This document shows, in pieces, positions 30,137-37,362 of a stretch of 64,000 nucleotides of DNA. This DNA is from an uncultured Ruminiclostridium sp. (GTDB lineage Bacteria; Bacillota; Clostridia; Oscillospirales; Ruminococcaceae). The notes under the pieces are model-generated. The model saw nothing but the letters and a program-made list of their open reading frames with translations. It had not been told where the DNA came from and made no database searches. Made by a program: the position numbers and the translations under genes. The stretch spans positions 276 to 64,275 of the forward strand of contig CATLBH010000007.1 in NCBI GenBank assembly GCA_949878745.1. The letters are read 5' to 3'. The stretch's first letter is position 1; each line of letters starts with the position of its first letter.

Positions 30137-31450
30137 TTATTTAAAGGCACTAACCGTAATCGCCGAATAACACCTGCCGTTTTTTATCTCGCATTTGTAC
30201 CTTCCGTCATATTTTTCCGCAATATCCTGTAAGATTTTCATTCCGTATCCTTTGCTTTCCGAAGGCTTCGGCACGGATTCTTTCCCTTCGCGTACGGAAT
30301 TTTCACAACTCACGGAAATAAAACCGTTTTTCTGTGAAGCGTTTATTTTAATATCGCGCGGCGAATCTTTCGAAATGGCCGAGCATTCGTTCAGAGCGTT
30401 GTCTATAAGGTTGGAAAAAATGCTGCAAAGGTGCATTTTGGAAATACAGCCCGTATCAAAGACGGTCACGCCGCACTTAAAAGCGACCCCGTTCTTTTCC
30501 GCCGCCATTTCCTTTTCGCAGAGAAGGGCGTTGATAACGGGAACCGAACAGTATTCCTTTTCCGATAAGGCATTTATGCTGTTGTCGAGCTCGTTGAAAA
30601 GCTCCGAGGCTTCGTCGGAGCTTCCCGCACTTAAAAGACTTTTTATAACAATGAGCTGGTTTTTGAAATCATGGCGTATTTTGGCGGTTTCCTTCTGTTT
30701 TTCCTCTATCGCGGCATACCGTGTTTCTTCAAGGCGGCGTGTGTAGTCAAGGGTGCTGTATTCTCTTTCAAGCATATTTTTCTTTTCCACGTCCGAAAGG
30801 AAAATTATATAGATTACGCTGGACAGCGCGAGAACCACAAAGTATACCGATGTGATCACAAGAGAGTCCATTCCCCATATATCGAAATCGGAATAGTACC
30901 TTTCCACTTGAAGAAGAAAATACGGAATAAGCTGACCTATCGGAAATATAAGGAAAAGGGGATTGATTTTTTCGGCGCTTTTTTTATTTACTCTGTTCCA
31001 TATTTTTACCATTATGTATTTTACCGGAGCGGCGATAAAGCAAAACGCCACGCAGCACAATACCCGTTCGTATCCGAAATAGGACGGATCAAGCAAATCG
31101 TTACCGCCAAATCCGGCTGCGGTTATGTAAATCAGAAATTCAATCAAGGCGTCAATTATTACTTGATCGATGACTGTGAGAATCACTTTTTTCAGCGGAT
31201 TGCCTTCGCTTAGGAAATAAAAAGGAAGAAAATAGAACAGTATCATCGGCATAAAATTAAACGGAGGGAGTTTTCCGTTTACCCATTGATAATAAAGGCT
31301 GAAGAAGGTTATCGCCGTAGTAACGGACAGATAGATAAGATAGCCCGCCCATTTTTTCACCTTAAGCTTATAACAGCTTGTGTAAGCCCAGAATTTTATG
31401 GTATTTTGCAAAACCATGGCTATAAGACACAAATAAAAATATATTGCCAT
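30137..31450 (-). CDS. GHKL-domain membrane sensor kinase (AgrC/LytTR-type); probable start MAIY
   Basis: KIRHDFKNQL, SIFSNLIDNAL, KGYGMKIL..IAEKYDG; multi-TM N-terminus. Confidence 0.85.
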   Translation of the reverse strand: MAIYFYLCLIAMVLQNTIKFWAYTSCYKLKVKKWAGYLIYLSVTTAITFFSLYYQWVNGKLPPFNFMPMILFYFLPFYFLSEGNPLKKVILTVIDQVIIDALIEFLIYITAAGFGGNDLLDPSYFGYERVLCCVAFCFIAAPVKYIMVKIWNRVNKKSAEKINPLFLIFPIGQLIPYFLLQVERYYSDFDIWGMDSLVITSVYFVVLALSSVIYIIFLSDVEKKNMLEREYSTLDYTRRLEETRYAAIEEKQKETAKIRHDFKNQLIVIKSLLSAGSSDEASELFNELDNSINALSEKEYCSVPVINALLCEKEMAAEKNGVAFKCGVTVFDTGCISKMHLCSIFSNLIDNALNECSAISKDSPRDIKINASQKNGFISVSCENSVREGKESVPKPSESKGYGMKILQDIAEKYDGRYKCEIKNGRCYSAITVSAFK

Positions 31451-31681
31451 TTCAGCGCTCCTTGTTTTTTGTTGCTCCCCCACGCGGTATTTCGCCGAAA
31501 CGAGAGCTAATGAAAGTCCATTATTCATTTTAACATATGATTTTATTTTTTTAATGAATTTTTTGCATTCGTTTTTCGTTTTGCAGAACAGATTTATACG
31601 AGCGCCTGATTTTGGCCGTCACACTTTACAATTCCGTTCAAATATGCTAAAATAAAATAAAAAAGAAAGAAAGGAAATAAA

Positions 31682-31924
31682 ATGGAACAGATTTACGACA
31701 GACTTAACAAGTTATTTAAGGACTTTTTCGACGATGATACCATTGAAATCGACGAAAATACCACGGCGGGAGAAATCGAGGACTGGGACAGCCTTAATCA
31801 TATCACGCTGATTGACACGGTTGAAAGCGAATTCGGATTAAAGTTCACAATGGGAGAGGTCTCCGGTATGAAAAACGTGGGGGAAATGGCCCGTATAATT
31901 AAGGAGAGAGGGAAGAGGATTTAA
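31682..31924 (+). CDS. Acyl carrier protein
   Basis: 80 aa acidic; WDSLNHI phosphopantetheine Ser; VESEFGLKF. Confidence 0.88.
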   Translation: MEQIYDRLNKLFKDFFDDDTIEIDENTTAGEIEDWDSLNHITLIDTVESEFGLKFTMGEVSGMKNVGEMARIIKERGKRI

Positions 31925-31965
31925 CGGCTGCGTCACCGCGTTCCTCTCGTTTTCCTGTTTCAACT

Positions 31966-32009
31966 AAAAAAAGCCGTAATTTCGGAAGCTGCTGAAATTA
32001 CGGCTTTTT
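31966..32009. terminator. Bidirectional terminator between ACP and htpG
   Basis: aaaaaaagccgtaatttc / gaaattacggcttttt IR. Confidence 0.8.
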
Positions 32010-32031
32010 ATTTTATTGACGTAACCTGTTT

Positions 32032-33951
32032 TTATTTTGCCATTACCTTTGAAAGCTCTTCGCTGAAGGCGACAGGGTCTTCTATGGTCATTCCCTCGAT
32101 AAGCATGGCCTGTGTATAAAGCAGATCGGAATAGGTGTTAAGCATTTCCCTGTCGTTGTCAAACAGATACTGAAGCTTATCGAAAATGGGGTGATCGGGG
32201 TTGATTTCCAACACCTTATCGGCTTTCGCCTTATGCTCGGTGGGCATTGAATTGAGCACCTTTTCCATTTCCACGGAAAGAGCACCGTCGCTGGTGATAC
32301 ATACAGGGTGGGATTTCAGCTTTCCCGTGAGCCTTACCGCCGCGACCTTGTCTCCGAGGGCTTCTTTTATGGCGGCGCAAAGCTCCTTGCTGCCGTCGTT
32401 CTTTTCCTTAAGCTCTTTCTTTTCCTCTTCGGTTTCAAGATCAAGGTCGCCGCCCTGAACGGATTTAAACTTCTTTTCTTTATAATCCGCCATCATCTGA
32501 AGGCAGAACTCGTCCACGTTGTCGGTAAGATAAAGTATTTCGTAGCCCTTATCCTTTACGCTTTCGACTATGGGAAGCGCGTCTATTCTTTCAACGCTTT
32601 CTCCCGCCGCATAATAGATGAACTCCTGACCTTCCTTCATTCCCGTTACGTATTCTTCAAGGGTTACGGGCTTTTTATCCTTGCTGGAGGTGAACATAAG
32701 CAGATCCTGAAGCAGTTCTTTGTTCATACCGTAGCCGTTGTATACCCCGAACTTAAGCTGAAGTCCGAAGGCTTTCCAGAATTCCTCGTATTTTTCCCTT
32801 TCGTTGTTGAGCATTTTTTTAAGCTCGTTCTTAATGGTTCTTTCCAGGGATCTTTCGATAAGCTTAAGCTGACGGTCGTGCTGGAGCATTTCACGGCTTA
32901 TGTTGAGAGAAAGGTCTTCGCTGTCCACCAGACCCTTTACAAAGCTAAAGTGATCGGGGAGCAGATCGCCGCACTTGTCCATAATGAGAACACCGTTGGA
33001 ATACAGCTGAAGTCCCTTTTCAAATTCCTTTGAGTAATAGTCGTAGGGAGCCTTTTTGGGGATAAACAGCAATGCGGAATAGGTGGCGTTGCCCTCGGTT
33101 TTGCTGTGTATATGAGTAAGTGGTTCGGTGTAATCGTAGAATTTTTCCTGATAAAAATTCTTGTAATCCTCGTCCTTAAGCTCGCTTTTGTTCTTTTTCC
33201 AGATGGGGATCATACTGTTTAAGGTTTCGTCCTCGGTATGTTCCTCGTATTTTTCCGATTCGGGGGCATCCTCGGGAGCATTTTCCTTGGGGTGTCTGTG
33301 TGTCACCTCCATTTTAATGGGATAACGGATATAGTCGGAGTATTTTTTCACAAGGCTTCTGAGCTTATATTCCTCAAGAAATTCTCCGTAATCCTCGTCC
33401 TCGGTGTCCTCCTTAAGGTAAAGGGTTATCTCGGTGCCGCAGCCGTCTTTTTCGCATTCCTCCACGGTGTAGCCGTCCACGCCCTCGCTGGTCCACATAT
33501 AAGCGGTTTCGGAGCCGTAGGCTTTGGATTTCACGGTAACCTTTCCGGCAACCATAAAGGCGGAGTAGAAGCCTACGCCGAATTGTCCTATAACGGAAAC
33601 GTCCTCGCTGCACGGAGCGTTTTCCTCGGTTTTCATTGCTTCCTTAAATTTAAGGGAGCCGGATTGGGCGATAACGCCCAGATTGTTTTCCAGCTCTTCC
33701 TGGGTCATTCCTATTCCGTTGTCGGTAACGGTAAGAGTGCGGGCTTCCTTATCGGGGGTGAGCCTGATCCGGAAATCGCCTCGGTCGAGTCCGAGATTTT
33801 CGTTTAAAGACTTGAAATAAAGCTTATCCATAGCGTCGCTGGCGTTGGAAATAAGCTCGCGGATAAAAATCTCCTTATGGGTGTAAATGGAGTTGATCAT
33901 CATTTCAAGAAGTCTTTTGGATTCCGCTTTAAAAGCTTTTTTGGTTGACAT
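32032..33951 (-). CDS. htpG: Hsp90 chaperone HtpG
   Basis: [53 protein letters not shown]. Confidence 0.97.
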   Translation of the reverse strand: MSTKKAFKAESKRLLEMMINSIYTHKEIFIRELISNASDAMDKLYFKSLNENLGLDRGDFRIRLTPDKEARTLTVTDNGIGMTQEELENNLGVIAQSGSLKFKEAMKTEENAPCSEDVSVIGQFGVGFYSAFMVAGKVTVKSKAYGSETAYMWTSEGVDGYTVEECEKDGCGTEITLYLKEDTEDEDYGEFLEEYKLRSLVKKYSDYIRYPIKMEVTHRHPKENAPEDAPESEKYEEHTEDETLNSMIPIWKKNKSELKDEDYKNFYQEKFYDYTEPLTHIHSKTEGNATYSALLFIPKKAPYDYYSKEFEKGLQLYSNGVLIMDKCGDLLPDHFSFVKGLVDSEDLSLNISREMLQHDRQLKLIERSLERTIKNELKKMLNNEREKYEEFWKAFGLQLKFGVYNGYGMNKELLQDLLMFTSSKDKKPVTLEEYVTGMKEGQEFIYYAAGESVERIDALPIVESVKDKGYEILYLTDNVDEFCLQMMADYKEKKFKSVQGGDLDLETEEEKKELKEKNDGSKELCAAIKEALGDKVAAVRLTGKLKSHPVCITSDGALSVEMEKVLNSMPTEHKAKADKVLEINPDHPIFDKLQYLFDNDREMLNTYSDLLYTQAMLIEGMTIEDPVAFSEELSKVMAK

Positions 33952-34028
33952 TTTTGCCGCTTCCTTTCGTTTGCTTTTTTATTTAGTATAACTTTGTGGG
34001 ATAAGTATTGTTTCGGGTTCATTTGTAT

Positions 34029-34055
34029 TTAGCACTCTCACCTGTCGAGTGCTAA
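34029..34055. promoter_or_regulatory. CIRCE element (HrcA operator) upstream of htpG
   Basis: Perfect TTAGCACTC-N9-GAGTGCTAA. Confidence 0.95.
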
Positions 34056-34248
34056 AAATATTATATCACTTTTTTTGCTCTTGTCAATGGGAAAATGTGA
34101 AAATTATTTGAAAAATAAACTTTTTTAAGTTTTTTGTACCAAAAGAGTAAAAAAAAAGGCAAAGCGCCGCGGAAAAACCAAGGCAGTGCCCCCAAATTAA
34201 CCGTTAAAAGCAAAAACCGCCGAGGATAAAAACTTCGGCGGGAAAAAA

Positions 34249-35346
34249 TTATTTACTTTTTTCAATGCTTTTCAATATGTCATCGATATCGTAGCGGGAA
34301 TCGTCGCTTTCCTCCTGCAAAAGGCTGTCCAGACGGCTCACCCGCGGCGCAATCTTAGGCGGATTTCTTTTCGGCGCTTCGTAACGTTTCATTTCATCAT
34401 TTTCGGGACGGCGCGGCGGTTCGGGAGGCCTTTGCTGTACGGGAGGCGGCTCGGCTGGACGTCCAAACATATCTCTGGTATCCTCTTCGTCAAAAATAGC
34501 GGGTCGGGAAGCAGGCACAGGCTCATTTCGCGGAACGCTCCGCCGGTGCTGAGGGGCGCTTCGGGGTTGCTCCGCCGGCTCGTCGGCATAGCCCGCCAAA
34601 TGCTTAGCCCTTGTTTCCTTTATCAACCGGTCAATATCTCTTTCGGAAATCGGGATATACTCTTCCTGTTTTGGGGAAGGAGCTTTTCGCGGCGGGGTAA
34701 ACAAGCCCGCTTCCTCCATCAGCCGATCTCTTTCAAATGAAAAGGCGGGTCGTTCTTCGGGCGGCACATACTCACGGCGCGGAAGATAGGTGGGTATCTC
34801 GTCCTGTTTTTTTACGGTTTCAAATTCGGACTGAGCGTCTTTCCGTTTCATCGAGGCTATGATCTCAAGAACTATGAAGGCGGCACAAGGGAGCACCGCA
34901 ATAAGGCAGACCCCGGCCGGGGACATAGCAAAAGAAACAAGCGCGCCAATGATATCGGAATAGTAGATTCCTTTCCCCATAATACGGCTTTGACCAATTG
35001 TCATTTCCTCGTCAAGGTCGTTTTTTACTTTAAAGGTATAGACGCCGTCGTCCAACTTGGCTTCTCTTACCTCTCCTATCCTGATTTCTTCCTCGTCGTC
35101 GGAGAAAATAATGATATTGCCCGGCGCAATATTTTCCGCGTCCTCCTGTTCGGTGATAAGAGCGCTTCCGTTTTTCACCAGCGAAAAGGCGTCGGTTTCT
35201 ACCAGATAAATCCGTCGGGAAAAAAATTTCGGCGCGGTGTCTCCGCTGAAGATCACGGAGGCGGCAAGCAGGAAAATTGCCGTCAAAAGCAAAAGTACGT
35301 CGACGACTATAAATACCGCCGAAAAAATTTTTGAATTTCTTTTTAT
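34249..35346 (-). CDS. Membrane protein with a degenerate SipW-like domain and Pro/Arg/Glu-rich tail; apparent ATA start at 35346
   Basis: TM-domain-TM layout, IAPGNIIIF, IMGK..Y..IIG; open frame back to ATA AAA AGA AAT, 7 nt after GAGGTG. Confidence 0.55.
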   Translation of the reverse strand: MKRNSKIFSAVFIVVDVLLLLTAIFLLAASVIFSGDTAPKFFSRRIYLVETDAFSLVKNGSALITEQEDAENIAPGNIIIFSDDEEEIRIGEVREAKLDDGVYTFKVKNDLDEEMTIGQSRIMGKGIYYSDIIGALVSFAMSPAGVCLIAVLPCAAFIVLEIIASMKRKDAQSEFETVKKQDEIPTYLPRREYVPPEERPAFSFERDRLMEEAGLFTPPRKAPSPKQEEYIPISERDIDRLIKETRAKHLAGYADEPAEQPRSAPQHRRSVPRNEPVPASRPAIFDEEDTRDMFGRPAEPPPVQQRPPEPPRRPENDEMKRYEAPKRNPPKIAPRVSRLDSLLQEESDDSRYDIDDILKSIEKSK

Positions 35347-35363
35347 TTTTATTCACCTCGTTC

Positions 35364-35391
35364 TTGACAATCGCAAAAAAAATGGTATAAT
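35364..35391 (+). promoter_or_regulatory. sigmaA promoter upstream of the tRNA-Thr array
   Basis: TTGACA-16 nt-TATAAT with extended TG. Confidence 0.7.
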
Positions 35392-35494
35392 ATTGTTGTG
35401 GGTTTTGTGGGGAACAATTTGTCGGACAGTGATATTGTACCACAAAATTTGGGTTATTGCAAGAGGAATGTGATTTTTATTTATAATTTAATAT

Positions 35495-35677
35495 GCTGGT
35501 GTAGCTCAGTCGGTAGAGCAGCGCATTCGTAATGCGCAGGTCGCGTGTACTTGATAAGGAGATGCGGCAGCGAACCGCAGGTCTTGCAAAATTTTTACAG
35601 TTCAATGGCGCGGATAGGGTGAACATTTAGTTCCCTATTCCGGAATGGCAGTTCGGTCTGCCGAGAAAATTAAATAT
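35495..35677 (+). repeat. Unit 1: tRNA-Thr(CGT) nt 1-49 plus ~134-nt tail
   Basis: 35495-35543 is identical to the full tRNA; no T-loop or 3' acceptor strand. Confidence 0.9.
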
Positions 35678-35860
35678 GCTGGTGTAGCTCAGTCGGTAGA
35701 GCAGCGCATTCGTAATGCGCAGGTCGGGGGTGCTCGATAAGGAGACGCGGTGGCAGATCGCTAGTCTTGCAAAATTTTTACAGTTCAATGGCGAGAACAT
35801 GGTGAAAATTTAGTCCCCCTATTCCGGAATGGCAGTTCAGTCTGCCGAAAAATTAAATAT
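35678..35860 (+). repeat. Unit 2: tRNA-Thr(CGT) nt 1-54 plus a homologous tail
   Basis: 35678-35731 is identical to the full tRNA; tail aligns with unit 1; period 183 bp. Confidence 0.9.
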
Positions 35861-35936
35861 GCTGGTGTAGCTCAGTCGGTAGAGCAGCGCATTCGTAATG
35901 CGCAGGTCGGGGGTTCGAGTCCGTTCACCAGCTCCA
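35861..35936 (+). tRNA. tRNA-Thr(CGT)
   Basis: GCTGGTG/CACCAGC acceptor, D-arm GCTC/GAGC, GCGCA-TTCGTAA-TGCGC anticodon arm, TTCGAGT T-loop, encoded CCA; T-stem imperfect. Confidence 0.93.
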
Positions 35937-35942
35937 AAACGC

Positions 35943-35977
35943 ATGAACCACTCTAATGTTTTGAGTGGTTCATTTAA
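35943..35977 (+). terminator. Hairpin after tRNA-Thr
   Basis: atgaaccactc / gagtggttcat IR then tta. Confidence 0.6.
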
Positions 35978-36075
35978 TATATTGATGTGTCTATAATGAA
36001 TCGAGAACAATCCCAATACATATATAATGTGCTCTTATGATTCAATGACTTCGTCAAAACTACGAGGAATCAATC

Positions 36076-37362
36076 ATGTCATCAGATAATGCACAGTGTA
36101 ACTACAATTTTATAGATTTATTTGCAGGAGCAGGCGGTTTGTCAGAGGGATTTCTTCAAGCAGGATTTAAACCTGTTGCTCATGTTGAAATGAATGAATT
36201 TGCAGCCAAAACACTTGAAACTAGAAGTGCATACTATTTTTTAAAAAGTACTGATAGACTCAGCATATATAAAAATTATTTGTCTGGCAAAATATCTCGC
36301 GACGAGTTTATAAAACATATTCCTGCTTCAATAATTAAAACTATAATTAATGAAACAATGTCGGATAAAACTTTGCCGGATATTTTTAAGATTATAGATG
36401 GAATAATGAAAATCAAAGGTATCTCTAAAATAGATGTCATCGTGGGCGGTCCTCCCTGTCAAGCGTATTCACTTGTAGGGAGAGCTCAAAGCAGTCATAT
36501 GGATATTCCGATGGAGGAAGACCCGCGTAATTATTTATATAAGTTATATGCAAGGTTCTTAAAACGCTATCAGCCTCGTATGTTCGTTTTTGAGAATGTC
36601 ACGGGAATCGAATCTGCCAATGGCGGAGCAACTTGGAAGAACATTCAGAAATACTTGAAACGTGTTGGATATGAAATTGAGTGCAGAGAACAGAATGCTT
36701 ATACATTTGGCGTTCTCCAAAACAGACGCCGGATGATCATTGTAGGATGGTTAAAGAAAAGCGGTCTGAAATACCCGGATTTTCTTGAAATCAAAACAAA
36801 TGCTATTGTTAATGATCTCTTTGCCGACCTGCCAGAACTGCATCCCGGTGAGAGTTCCAATAAATACGCAAAATCGAAAGCCAGCAGTTATGTAACAGAA
36901 TCAGGAATACGGACAAAGGATGACATTTTAACACTTCACAATTGTCGTCCGAATTTGGAACGCGATATACAGATATACAGACGCGCGGTTGAACTGTGGA
37001 ATGACGGTCATAAACGTCTCAATTATAATGATCTCCCAGACGAATTGAAAACGCATAAGAATAGGCACTCTTTTACGGACAGGTTTAAGGTTGTTGAGGG
37101 GGATGAATCGTGTTGCCACACCATACTGGCGCATCTATCAAAGGATGGACATTATTTTATCCATCCTGACATTGAACAGAACCGTTCCATCACCGTTCGG
37201 GAGGCGGCGAGAATCCAATCCTTCCCAGATAGCTATTTCTTTGAAGGATCGCGCACCTCGCAGTTTGTGCAGATAGGAAATGCTGTACCTCCGATGATGG
37301 CTAAAGGAATTGCGATGGGGATTTTCGAACAGTTGTACAAAGGAGATTCAAATGGGAAGTAA
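36076..37362 (+). CDS. DNA (cytosine-5) methyltransferase
   Basis: DLFAGAGG, GGPPCQ, FENV, QNRRR, REAARIQSFP, QIGNAVPP. Confidence 0.95.
   Translation: MSSDNAQCNYNFIDLFAGAGGLSEGFLQAGFKPVAHVEMNEFAAKTLETRSAYYFLKSTDRLSIYKNYLSGKISRDEFIKHIPASIIKTIINETMSDKTLPDIFKIIDGIMKIKGISKIDVIVGGPPCQAYSLVGRAQSSHMDIPMEEDPRNYLYKLYARFLKRYQPRMFVFENVTGIESANGGATWKNIQKYLKRVGYEIECREQNAYTFGVLQNRRRMIIVGWLKKSGLKYPDFLEIKTNAIVNDLFADLPELHPGESSNKYAKSKASSYVTESGIRTKDDILTLHNCRPNLERDIQIYRRAVELWNDGHKRLNYNDLPDELKTHKNRHSFTDRFKVVEGDESCCHTILAHLSKDGHYFIHPDIEQNRSITVREAARIQSFPDSYFFEGSRTSQFVQIGNAVPPMMAKGIAMGIFEQLYKGDSNGK

Noticed and set aside
35030-35443. 137-aa minus-strand ORF
   Set aside because: It is an alternative frame overlapping the SipW-like gene and the tRNA promoter, with no recognisable features.
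35647-35670. GGCAG/CTGCC hairpin as an intrinsic terminator
   Set aside because: No U-tract follows the hairpin on either strand.
35544-35677. Group I/II intron in the tRNA
   Set aside because: The tail is followed by a new tRNA 5' end rather than the missing 3' exon. It is too short and shows no recognisable intron core.
35495-35936. CRISPR array or tmRNA interpretation of the 183-bp repeats
   Set aside because: The repeat is tRNA sequence, the intervening parts are homologous to each other rather than unique spacers, and no cas genes are present. An intact Thr anticodon arm and the lack of an Ala acceptor end exclude tmRNA.
35937-36075. Integrase next to the tRNA
   Set aside because: The first gene is the methyltransferase, and no tyrosine or serine recombinase ORF is recognisable in the window.
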